Shown here piece by piece: positions 34,987 to 43,772 of a stretch of 64,000 bases of DNA. The translations under genes and the position numbers were made by a program. Source of the stretch: a virus; IMG/VR virus record IMGVR_UViG_3300010371_000030, positions 1 through 64,000 of that record. The stretch is one strand, 5' to 3'. Within the stretch, counting starts at the first letter, position 1; each line of letters begins with the position of its first letter. Below the pieces are notes generated by a model. The model worked only from the letters and a program-made list of their open reading frames with translations. It made no database searches and was not told where the DNA came from.

Positions 34987-35024
34987 AGCCTAACCGGCGA
35001 ACGTCCGGAGCGAAAGCGTTTTTT
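34987..35024 (-). promoter_or_regulatory. Putative promoter TTTCGC-N17-TAGGCT with upstream A-tract
   Basis: Same layout as 29008..29046: A-tract and CGGT immediately before the -10. Confidence 0.55.
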
Positions 35025-35035
35025 CGCCCAGTCGG

Positions 35036-36496
35036 CTAATTCCTGACTTCGACAAGAAACGCTGGCTCAGACTGGTACGCTTCCAACCGAGCTTGGGAGT
35101 GCTCCTCCAAGTAATGGTTGGTTTCGTCCATAAAGTCGATGAACAAGGCTACACGCTTGCCCTCGGCCATCGTCAGGTTACGCTGTCGCTGGATGGCTCT
35201 CTTGATATCCCTGCCACCTTCCGCGTTGATGACACACTCGACGGCCGGGATGTCCACGCCCTCGCCCAGGACTGTGCCAATAAGCACGTTGAACTCACCA
35301 GACAGCATACGCTCGATGAGCGCGCGGCGTTTATCCTTCCGCTCCCGCCCCGTGATCTTCTCGTTGGGCACACCCACGGAGTCGAGCCATCGACGAAGCG
35401 TGTTAATGTGCTCCAACTCACGCGCGAGGATGAGCACCTTCATGCCCATATCCACACTCGCCTTCCGGGCGAGCCGAGCGATCATGCTATTGCGCTTGTC
35501 GTTGTTCGTAAGACACATCGAGCGCATCATATCGCTCCACCCCGCAGTCTTGAAGCCGGTCGGTGTGGTAATGCGATACATCTTGACGTTCTGGCGCATC
35601 AGGTAGCCAGCTTCAATCAAGTCCGACATGGACAAGTCGGTTCTGACGGGCCCAAACACACCCTTGAGCCAGATGATGCCGCGCTCCGCTTCCTTCACAT
35701 CGTCCAGGAAGACGGTGGCAGAGAGCGCGACCTTGAACATGGCATCGAAGTCGTATGGAATCTTGTACCACTCGCCCTCGCCCCGGATGTGGTGCGCTTC
35801 GTCGCAGATGAACACGTCCCGCGTGTGAATCAGTTCCTTGTAACGTGGATCCATCGGGCGTCCATTCTTCTTGCCTGGGTCCGAACGTTTGCCGCGCCAA
35901 CGCGCGAGCGATTGAAGCATCGCCACGATGAAGAAGCCATCCTTGTACTCGGAGTCCCCAATGTATCCAATGTCGAGTCCGGGCAAGGACTCCCGCAGGG
36001 AGGCAACCGTCTGCTCCAACAGCATCTGGCTCGGCACGCCGAACACCCCGGGGCGCCCGATTCGACGGATGACTTCAGCCGCTGTCTTGGTCTTGCCCGA
36101 GCGGATGGGCATCTTGAGAATGCCCAGTCCTGGCATCTGGCAATTGAAGATGGAGTCGACCGCCGCCAGCTGGTAGGGACGCAACTGGATGTCTGGATTC
36201 CACGCGATGTCCACGCGTTCGTGGTGGGCATATCGCTCATTCACGACCTTGTAGGGCAGCTTCATCCGCTTGAGCTCTCTGGCGATGTCGATGGCCAGGC
36301 CTGCGGGCGCGAAGTACCCTTCTGGCTCTGCGTACTGAAGCAGATGCTCCTTGCCGTCCCATCGTTTGGCCCGGAAGGCGGGTGAGAAGTGCGAGCCCGC
36401 GATCTTGTAGCTGGTCAATCTTCCAATGGCTCGTGTCACCTTGAGCGAGGCGCCCGAGATGACCACGTGACGATTGGTGACCCGAAGGGTGATCAT
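35036..36496 (-). CDS. SF2 DEAH-box helicase (UvsW-like)
   Basis: LRPYQ, PIRSGKT, CDEAHH, LSAT and EGVDIP. Confidence 0.92.
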   Translation of the reverse strand: MITLRVTNRHVVISGASLKVTRAIGRLTSYKIAGSHFSPAFRAKRWDGKEHLLQYAEPEGYFAPAGLAIDIARELKRMKLPYKVVNERYAHHERVDIAWNPDIQLRPYQLAAVDSIFNCQMPGLGILKMPIRSGKTKTAAEVIRRIGRPGVFGVPSQMLLEQTVASLRESLPGLDIGYIGDSEYKDGFFIVAMLQSLARWRGKRSDPGKKNGRPMDPRYKELIHTRDVFICDEAHHIRGEGEWYKIPYDFDAMFKVALSATVFLDDVKEAERGIIWLKGVFGPVRTDLSMSDLIEAGYLMRQNVKMYRITTPTGFKTAGWSDMMRSMCLTNNDKRNSMIARLARKASVDMGMKVLILARELEHINTLRRWLDSVGVPNEKITGRERKDKRRALIERMLSGEFNVLIGTVLGEGVDIPAVECVINAEGGRDIKRAIQRQRNLTMAEGKRVALFIDFMDETNHYLEEHSQARLEAYQSEPAFLVEVRN

Positions 36497-36535
36497 GGCG
36501 CCGTACGATACCTGGCGCCGTGTCAACGCGCTGTC

Positions 36536-36564
36536 AGCTTATGCTGCGGGGAGGGCGACGTCTG
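36536..36564 (-). promoter_or_regulatory. Putative promoter CAGACG-N17-TAAGCT at the start of the replication module
   Basis: Intergenic at the structural/replication boundary. Confidence 0.45.
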
Positions 36565-36592
36565 GGCCGACGTATGCGGGCGAACGTCGGCC
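36565..36592 (-). terminator. Hairpin at the end of the structural operon
   Basis: 9-bp arms GGCCGACGT / ACGTCGGCC just after the 36601 stop; no U-tract. Confidence 0.35.
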
Positions 36593-36600
36593 TGCCAGGT

Positions 36601-37359
36601 TCAGGCAGCGGCGTGGAGCGGGTGCGCGGAGAGGGGCAGCCGCGGCGGGCGAGGCGGAGTCAGCAGACGCTGGACGTGGCGCGCGGTGGGATGGCACCTG
36701 TCGAAACCGTGCTTGGCGCACTTCGGGCACGCGCCACCCGGCCTGGTCCGCTCTGCCGGGATCTGGCTCGTCTGCCCGTTGATCATCACCATCATGTAGC
36801 CGCCCATGGCCGTGTCGACGGACCAAGGCGACGTCAGCACCTTCATGAAGTCCACCGGGTGCCCGACCGGCGAAGCGTCGTTGAAGTAGTCGGGCGTCAC
36901 GAAGTCCGACATGGCCACGTTGTTGATGCGGTAGATGCGCCCTTCGCACGGGTCGCTGAGCTCGTCGGCCACGTGCATCTTCTTGGCCTCTGACCACCAC
37001 CAGTTGTTGACGCCAGGATCCTTGAGAGCCTCGGCCGCTTCGTGACTCACCGTGGAAGTGATGTCGTCCAGGCTCATGCCGTCGGTGAAGATGTACCCGA
37101 TGGGCATCCCGTTCTGGTCGGTGGTGTGATATCCGGCCGCCCCGGACACGTCGGACGCTCGGGCCAGCCGAAGCTGGGTTGAGCCGGGCGGAGCGGCGCC
37201 CGGCTCGCTGACGGCGGTGACCGACGGAGCGACTAGCCCCCAGATCGGGCAGACGTCGCGCGCCAGCTGGATCTGGAGCGCTGCGCCCACCTCGCTGAGC
37301 TGCGCGAGGGTGATCGCCGGAGAGCCCGCGACCAGGCAGAACTGCTTGATCGCAATCAC
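36601..37359 (-). CDS. Putative zincin-like metallopeptidase
   Basis: AAGYH...VSHEAAEALKDP...ELSDPCE...SDFVTPDYF. Confidence 0.6.
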   Translation of the reverse strand: MIAIKQFCLVAGSPAITLAQLSEVGAALQIQLARDVCPIWGLVAPSVTAVSEPGAAPPGSTQLRLARASDVSGAAGYHTTDQNGMPIGYIFTDGMSLDDITSTVSHEAAEALKDPGVNNWWWSEAKKMHVADELSDPCEGRIYRINNVAMSDFVTPDYFNDASPVGHPVDFMKVLTSPWSVDTAMGGYMMVMINGQTSQIPAERTRPGGACPKCAKHGFDRCHPTARHVQRLLTPPRPPRLPLSAHPLHAAA

Positions 37360-37766
37360 TGCTGCACCTGCGCCTTCACGCCCTTGTCGGCGAGCTGCGC
37401 CACGAGCGCGCTGGCAGCGTCCGGCCGGAGCACGCCCACGAGGCGTCCGCTGTCGGACAAGCGCACCTCCTTGAAGCCGGTGGCGGTCGCGGCACCCTTG
37501 CGGACGGCCTGGCTGGCGACGTTGAGCCCTCCGCCGATGAGCTGGAGCACCTCCTGGCAGATGGTGCCGGCCGTCGGATCGTCCGCCACCGCGGACACCC
37601 AGGAGCAGCCGGGCCCAGCTACCGTGTTGGTGACGTTGCCCGCCGTCTGAAGGTCGGACTTGACCGTGGACGTCGGAACGTTGCAGCCGACGGATGCGCC
37701 GGGAAGCGCCGCCGCGAGCACGGACGCGAGGATGATGTTGGCGAACAATTGTTTGACGGTGAGCAT
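37356..37766 (-). CDS. Putative lipoprotein / exported protein
   Basis: GAGGAGG RBS; basic residue plus hydrophobic stretch ending in lipobox-like SVGC. Confidence 0.6.
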   Translation of the reverse strand: MLTVKQLFANIILASVLAAALPGASVGCNVPTSTVKSDLQTAGNVTNTVAGPGCSWVSAVADDPTAGTICQEVLQLIGGGLNVASQAVRKGAATATGFKEVRLSDSGRLVGVLRPDAASALVAQLADKGVKAQVQQ

Positions 37767-37785
37767 CGTGAACCTCCTCAAGAGG

Positions 37786-40700
37786 TCAGGTGTAGGACAG
37801 CAGGTTACAGACAAGCGAAGTGTTGCTGCCGCTGAAGGTAGTAGTCACGAACGTGGACGTGACACCGCTGTTCGAAGCACGTCCGATGATCGTAGAAGAC
37901 ACCCCATCTGAAGCGTCAAAGTTGATGGCCGAATAAGTAGTGTTGTTCCAGTAAATGAAGCCATTCATGATCATGTGTTGCCGCCCGTTAAGCGTAGAGG
38001 TGTGCCCGGTGAGGTTGATCACCGGGTTTCCGTCGGTCAGCTGGGTGCACTCGATGCGGAAGTCATTCACGAACAAGCGATTGCACTCGTCCCCATAGAT
38101 GACCGGACAATGGTTCTGCCCCATCCATCGCAGATAGAGACCACGGATGGCCACGCTGTCGCTCGATGAAGGAACATAGATGAAGGCGAGCGAACCAGGC
38201 CCCGCAGAAGCCGCGTTGGGCGAGGCAGGACCGTTGGAGCAGTTGAGCAACTGGCAGCTATTGCCCAGACGGACAACTCCATCGGTGCAAGACACAGCGC
38301 CGTAGCCTCCGCCTCCGCCGCGCGCTTCCAGCATCACGCCGTCCAGCTGAACGCAATCGTCCAAGTACAGGCCATACTGCCATCGATTGGAACCGTCGCC
38401 GCCAGCGCCGAAGTCGATGTGTACGTCGCTGTGCTTGGTCACAGGGCTGATGAACGCCACTTGGTAGGTGGAAAGGACTCCGACGGGCGATCCCAGGTTG
38501 CCGACCTTGAAACGGTGGCCGCGCGTCTTGTTCATGGCGATCATCGCCGGGAAGCCCGCCGCCAGGCTGTCGTTGCTGGTCGTACGCGTCAGACCGTTGT
38601 AGTCCACCTGGATGTTGTTGAACGTGCACGAGGCGACGTTGTTACCAACGCAGTACAGCGTCGGGCCGTTGTGGATGTTGATGCCCGAGCCCGTGGTGTA
38701 GAAAACGTACAGTCCATCCACGTGCATGATACCCGTCTGGCCGTCGTCGCCAAAGCGGATCAGCGGGTTTTGGGCTCCAGTCGGACGGGCCGCCGCGCTT
38801 CCGATGAGCACCAAGTTGTTTTTCCACGTGAACTTGCCGCCGTTCGCCGGGGTGGCCCAGATGAACTTCGGGTCTGCCAGCGTATGCGGCGACGACAAAT
38901 CCTGTCCATCGGCTACAAAGATGCAGTCTTCCACAGTCCCCGTGCACCCCGGCGCGTAGAGCGCTTGCCCCTCGGCCGTGAAGATGTAGCAGTTTCGCAG
39001 GTGGATGTCGGCCCCGTTTCGAGCGCTGATGACGGGCGAGTACACGCCCGGCGTGGCGAGAAACACGCAGTTGTCGAAGGTGTACTTGTGAGTGCCGTTG
39101 AGAAACACGGCAGGCACGTCCGCCGAATTGACCCAGAAGATGCAGTTGCGGAAGGTCACAGGCGTGATGATCTCATCGCCAATCGTCGGACCGCCCGTCA
39201 AGTCCGACCTGAATGCCGCGGTGGCAGACAGCGATGAGGCGTCGGGCCCATAGATGACCACGTTCTCGATGGTGCCGAACGACAGGTTGTTACCGCCCGT
39301 AGCATGGGCGATGCCGAGCGATTCGGAGTTGGGCGCGTTGTCTCCGGTCTGTGGCTTGATGATGCCGTTGCGGAGATGATACGGCTGAAGGCGGAGGACA
39401 TTGTGATCCAGCAAGCCGACGTAGCCCGCCCGGATGCCGAAGTCTTCCATGATCACGTTGTTGCCGTTGACAGGATCGCCCAACGCAATCGAGCCGGTGC
39501 TGGTCGGGTCAGCATCGAGATAGCACCGCATGAACGTGCCACGGTAGATGGCAGAGCCCGTGACAGGTCCGCTCGTCGTGATCCACGTCCGGACGGAGGG
39601 ATCGGCGCCGGATGGATCGGACACCTCGCCCAGCACGAACGATTGATTGGCCCCCGTATCGCCGCCTGGAGCGATCATGTACTTGTTTGCCGGATTGGCA
39701 ACACGCTTGAGGTAGTACAGCCCCGAAGTCTGGAACTGAGTGGCGAATTCCGTATTGGAGTAGTCGCCGATGAAACCAGAGCCTTGGTCTCCGAACGTGG
39801 CCGTGACGCTCCGGGCGCGGCGGAGTTGCGTGTCAGGCCCTTTCAACAGGAACGTCTGGAGAGTGTCGGTGGACGGATTGAACGTCCCGTCCGTCACGTT
39901 GCCCAGACCACCCGCGGGCTGCGCCGCCATGGGCTTCCTGGGAGTGAACGCCGTCATGTCCACGCCCAGACGCGAGACGCCCGAGGGGATTGCGGTGGAC
40001 GCCAGAACATCGACCACCTGCTGGAAGCCTTCTTGGACCGTTCCGGCCGTGATCCACTTGTACGTGGTGAGCAGAATCTGGCTGGCATCCTCGAACGTCT
40101 TGAGGACTCTCTGGTTGGAGTTGTCGAAGCTGACTGGGGTGTTCCCGGTGCCGACTCCGAGCACGGTGCCGAGGAAGCACACCGTGGGCGTGAACTGTAG
40201 ATTGATCGTTTTGGTGATGATCGGACCTTCCAGGCACACCGTGTAGTCGGCTGCGTTGGTGTCGACGCTGTTCTGGCCCAGATTGCCGGCGGTGATGATG
40301 TAGTTGTGCGTCCCGTCCCACTGGCACGTCTGGGACTCGATTGCGATGGCCGCCGTCGTGGCCTCCTGCGCCGGAACGTTCATCCACACTTGGAACGTTC
40401 GGCCAGCATACGACGTGCCTGACTCCACCACGGCGTCGACCACGATCTTGATCGTGCCATTGCCCAGGTCGGTGATGCTCGTGGGAGCGCCGGAGCGCCC
40501 GATCTGGTCGATCATCCCGCGATACTGCGGCCTGCCCGTGCGCGGATTGATGGTGATCTCGTTTGGAATCTGCGTGTGCGTCAGACCGACATAGTACAGG
40601 ACCCCCAGGTTGTTCTCGAAGAACATCTGCTGTCCTCCGATGGCCTGGGTGATGTCCATGATGTGGCCCTCGCCGTCCGTCGCGAGGCTCGTGCCCGTCA

Positions 40701-40887
40701 CATGGACGGTGTTTGGCACCGAGGAATCGAGCACCAGGAGCGTATCGAACACGCCGTCCAGATTCCAGTGCGTCTTGATGGACTCGATGACCTGCGCCTG
40801 GAGGTACTGGACCACGCGCACGGCGAAGTCCTGGAATCCCAGGATCATCTTGTCTTGGAGGTTGGCCTGTTCGAGCCCGGTGGTCAT
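37786..40887 (-). CDS. Tail fibre/tailspike with C-terminal right-handed beta-helix (pectate lyase-like)
   Basis: 1033 aa after the baseplate genes; repeats TFRNCIF, TFDNCVF, LRNCYIF, VEDCIF. Confidence 0.75.
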   Translation of the reverse strand: MTTGLEQANLQDKMILGFQDFAVRVVQYLQAQVIESIKTHWNLDGVFDTLLVLDSSVPNTVHVTGTSLATDGEGHIMDITQAIGGQQMFFENNLGVLYYVGLTHTQIPNEITINPRTGRPQYRGMIDQIGRSGAPTSITDLGNGTIKIVVDAVVESGTSYAGRTFQVWMNVPAQEATTAAIAIESQTCQWDGTHNYIITAGNLGQNSVDTNAADYTVCLEGPIITKTINLQFTPTVCFLGTVLGVGTGNTPVSFDNSNQRVLKTFEDASQILLTTYKWITAGTVQEGFQQVVDVLASTAIPSGVSRLGVDMTAFTPRKPMAAQPAGGLGNVTDGTFNPSTDTLQTFLLKGPDTQLRRARSVTATFGDQGSGFIGDYSNTEFATQFQTSGLYYLKRVANPANKYMIAPGGDTGANQSFVLGEVSDPSGADPSVRTWITTSGPVTGSAIYRGTFMRCYLDADPTSTGSIALGDPVNGNNVIMEDFGIRAGYVGLLDHNVLRLQPYHLRNGIIKPQTGDNAPNSESLGIAHATGGNNLSFGTIENVVIYGPDASSLSATAAFRSDLTGGPTIGDEIITPVTFRNCIFWVNSADVPAVFLNGTHKYTFDNCVFLATPGVYSPVISARNGADIHLRNCYIFTAEGQALYAPGCTGTVEDCIFVADGQDLSSPHTLADPKFIWATPANGGKFTWKNNLVLIGSAAARPTGAQNPLIRFGDDGQTGIMHVDGLYVFYTTGSGINIHNGPTLYCVGNNVASCTFNNIQVDYNGLTRTTSNDSLAAGFPAMIAMNKTRGHRFKVGNLGSPVGVLSTYQVAFISPVTKHSDVHIDFGAGGDGSNRWQYGLYLDDCVQLDGVMLEARGGGGGYGAVSCTDGVVRLGNSCQLLNCSNGPASPNAASAGPGSLAFIYVPSSSDSVAIRGLYLRWMGQNHCPVIYGDECNRLFVNDFRIECTQLTDGNPVINLTGHTSTLNGRQHMIMNGFIYWNNTTYSAINFDASDGVSSTIIGRASNSGVTSTFVTTTFSGSNTSLVCNLLSYT

Positions 40888-40890
40888 CTG

Positions 40891-43335
40891 TCAGTCTCCC
40901 GGATTGATGTCGATGAAGTCGGTCGTCATCGGGTTGAGGAACATCTCCACCTCGGACAGCTCCATCGTTCCGCCCGAGTAGTGGCCAACGGCCATCGTGC
41001 CGTGGTCCAGAGTCGAATCTGTAGCCGAGATCACCAAGTCTGCCTCCCAAAACACCTGTAGGTTGTTCTGTACGCTTCCCGGAAGCGTCGGCGTGACCGT
41101 GATTCGGAAGGTATAGAAGATGTTGGCAACCAACAACTCCGTGCCATGTACGTTGTGCGGCGGTCCGGGATAGTACGTCCCCAACGTCGTGGCGACGCCG
41201 GCCGACAGCGCCTTGAGCGTGATGCTATTGTTGGCGATGTCGATCTCCATCCGATAGGCGTCTGCTCCGCCAGGCACATCCGAGCGGTACACGTCCATGT
41301 AGTACACGCCTGTGCCTCGGATTCGGAACGTGGCCGTGAGATCAGACCAGTCGTCGGAGATGTTCACACCGTTGTTCGTGTACGTCTCGGTGTCCTCGTC
41401 AATCACCGTGTCGAGCAGGTGAAGCATCTGCCCGGACACCGTCGAGGTGCCCGATTGATCGTGCCACTGCGTCTTAATGTTGTCAGTCGGGAACAGGTCG
41501 CTGAACGTGACGTAATCCACCTCCACGCGCTCGCCGCACGGCCGCGTGAGCTTGAGGATGTGACGGATCATGTCATAGTCCAGCGTGCCGTTGTCGACGA
41601 TACGAACGGCATACGTCTGCGAGTCCGGACCTTCCCCGGGACTAGAGAGCAGCCACGGGTCGATTCCCAGATGGTCCTCGCCAAGCGCCGTCTCGCCCAG
41701 GATCCACCGATACCAGAACCAGTTGAGCACCCGAACCTGGGTGCCCGTGATCATACGCAGGATGTCCTCGATGATGTCTTCCACGCCGCGCTGCTTCCAG
41801 AAGGTCACGGACACGCTGATCAGACGGCGAAGCGAGTCCGGATCCAGCTTGGAAGTGATCGGGTTGTATCTGTCAGTCCATCCAACGATGTTCTTGACGT
41901 ATACCAGCAGTTGATCGGGCACGGCGTCCAGATTCCAGATGTTCGGGATCTCCAACGCCAGCTGCGTAGTCTGCTCCCACATCTGCTGCGGACCGCCGAA
42001 CAAACGCTGAATGAACTGCCCTCCATTCGCTTGATCCTCGTCACGGATGCTCTGAAGGATGAAGCGATACATGTCCAGAACTTGCGCCGGAGCCGGGAGC
42101 GGCGACGCCGTGAATCCGAGCATGGCCACCATATACGGCTGTGCGAGCAAGTTGCCCACCAGATCACGGATCGTCGCGCCGTTGATCGTCAGCTGATACA
42201 GCTCGCCCTCGGTCTGGTCGGACGTTGAGAGGATGATCGTGTCCGACTCCACTTGCATGATCTTGGTGGTCGTCAGTCCGTTGTCCCACGTGAAGTTGGA
42301 CACGTCCAGGGACAACAGCTTGGAGTCGGTCGCGATGGGCTCGCTGAAGTAGATGGAGACCGTGTTCGCATCGGTCGCGATGACCATCTTGACGAACGGC
42401 TTGACCCCCACGCCATAGAACGCGGCCGCATCCTTTGACACCGGGTTGCCAAAGGAAGTGATCAGGGAGCCCGAGGATGAACCGTACCCAAAGACGGGCT
42501 GCGCAATCACCTCCGTCCACCAGCCCTCGGCCGTCCCGGCAGGGTCGTACACGATGAACTCGAACCACCCCGGACCTTCGGGCAGGTAGAACAACGCCGT
42601 GTTGCCGTTGCTAGGCAATACATCGTTCCAAGTCCCGGGAGCAGGGGGCGAGCTATCCTGCCAGATGACTACGGGCGGACCGCCTACCGGCCTGTACTGG
42701 ACGATGAAGTTGGGCGCGAACGCGTTCTGGTACTTGGCCTGGATTTGATAGCACTGCCCGTATCCGGCATTGTACTGCTGGAAGATGCCGCCCTGTTTGC
42801 CCGATACAGTCGTCTGTGCCTGGATGTAGTTGAACGTCCCATCGAAGCCGGTCAGGAGCGTGGCGAAGCCCGCAATGGACCAGTACGTGCCAATCGTGCC
42901 CACCTGGGACATGTCGCTGTCCAGGAACGCGTCGGCGCCGATGAGAAGCTGCTCGCTGTTCACCGTGAGCAGATACGCCGCGCTGTCGAGCATCGGAGAC
43001 ACGATCACGATCACGTACTTGGTCGTGGTGCCAGCCGAGGAAGGAACCTCCACGGCCAGCACGGCAGGCGTCGACAACTCCGCATCGTTGAACCCGTACA
43101 TGTTCCAGTTGTCCGGGTTGACGAGCGCCGCATTGTTATCGACGGGCGCAGTGAAGTCGACGCGAATGCGCGTGTTCGACGTGGGCTTGGCTCGCTTGAT
43201 CCGAGTGATCTTCTGTAGATCGCCCGTCATCGTCAGCGACAGCGCCATCGTCTCGGACGATGACATATGTTCGGTGCCTTCGCCGAACAGCTTCAGCTTG
43301 AGCGCGACGGTCGCCGATGACGAGATGAAGGCCAT
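40891..43335 (-). CDS. Baseplate wedge / P2 gpI-like tail protein with added beta-sandwich domains
   Basis: DAVPDQLLVYVKNIVGW...LRRLISVSVTFWKQRG...LTRPCGE; Ig-like segments. Confidence 0.65.
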   Translation of the reverse strand: MAFISSSATVALKLKLFGEGTEHMSSSETMALSLTMTGDLQKITRIKRAKPTSNTRIRVDFTAPVDNNAALVNPDNWNMYGFNDAELSTPAVLAVEVPSSAGTTTKYVIVIVSPMLDSAAYLLTVNSEQLLIGADAFLDSDMSQVGTIGTYWSIAGFATLLTGFDGTFNYIQAQTTVSGKQGGIFQQYNAGYGQCYQIQAKYQNAFAPNFIVQYRPVGGPPVVIWQDSSPPAPGTWNDVLPSNGNTALFYLPEGPGWFEFIVYDPAGTAEGWWTEVIAQPVFGYGSSSGSLITSFGNPVSKDAAAFYGVGVKPFVKMVIATDANTVSIYFSEPIATDSKLLSLDVSNFTWDNGLTTTKIMQVESDTIILSTSDQTEGELYQLTINGATIRDLVGNLLAQPYMVAMLGFTASPLPAPAQVLDMYRFILQSIRDEDQANGGQFIQRLFGGPQQMWEQTTQLALEIPNIWNLDAVPDQLLVYVKNIVGWTDRYNPITSKLDPDSLRRLISVSVTFWKQRGVEDIIEDILRMITGTQVRVLNWFWYRWILGETALGEDHLGIDPWLLSSPGEGPDSQTYAVRIVDNGTLDYDMIRHILKLTRPCGERVEVDYVTFSDLFPTDNIKTQWHDQSGTSTVSGQMLHLLDTVIDEDTETYTNNGVNISDDWSDLTATFRIRGTGVYYMDVYRSDVPGGADAYRMEIDIANNSITLKALSAGVATTLGTYYPGPPHNVHGTELLVANIFYTFRITVTPTLPGSVQNNLQVFWEADLVISATDSTLDHGTMAVGHYSGGTMELSEVEMFLNPMTTDFIDINPGD

Positions 43336-43348
43336 GTCAGACTCGCGA

Positions 43349-43765
43349 TCAGATGGTGATGGTCAGCGGAGTGACGCCGGCCTGGAACCTGTACACGTCC
43401 GTATCCAGCACGGTCCGAGGATTGGCCAGCGGGTCGGCCGTCAGCAGGTTGCCACCCGATGGCGCATCGAAGATGCCCACCCAGGTAATCAGCCCCCACG
43501 GACCGCCCGAGGCGGCAGGGAACACGATGTCAGCCGCGTGAGACTTGGCTCGCCCGGCTGCGGCGGGCCAATGCCCTGCATCGTTCGTCACGGCCACACG
43601 CGCGTAGTTGTTCCCGGACGGCTCGACAACGCCTGTGCCATCGCTGTTGGGAGCGGCGGTCATGAGACCCACGTACACGGTCGCCGGGAAGATGCTCGTG
43701 GAGCCGAGGAGCGAGTCCAGCACCTCGTTTGCGTACAGATCGATCAGCCCATTCGCAATAGCCAT
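43349..43765 (-). CDS. Small tail/baseplate-associated virion protein
   Basis: TVYVGLMTAAP...EPSGNNYARVAV...WGLITWVGIFDAPSGGNLL, a common phage tail-associated pattern. Confidence 0.7.
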   Translation of the reverse strand: MAIANGLIDLYANEVLDSLLGSTSIFPATVYVGLMTAAPNSDGTGVVEPSGNNYARVAVTNDAGHWPAAAGRAKSHAADIVFPAASGGPWGLITWVGIFDAPSGGNLLTADPLANPRTVLDTDVYRFQAGVTPLTITI

Positions 43766-43772
43766 GACGCGC

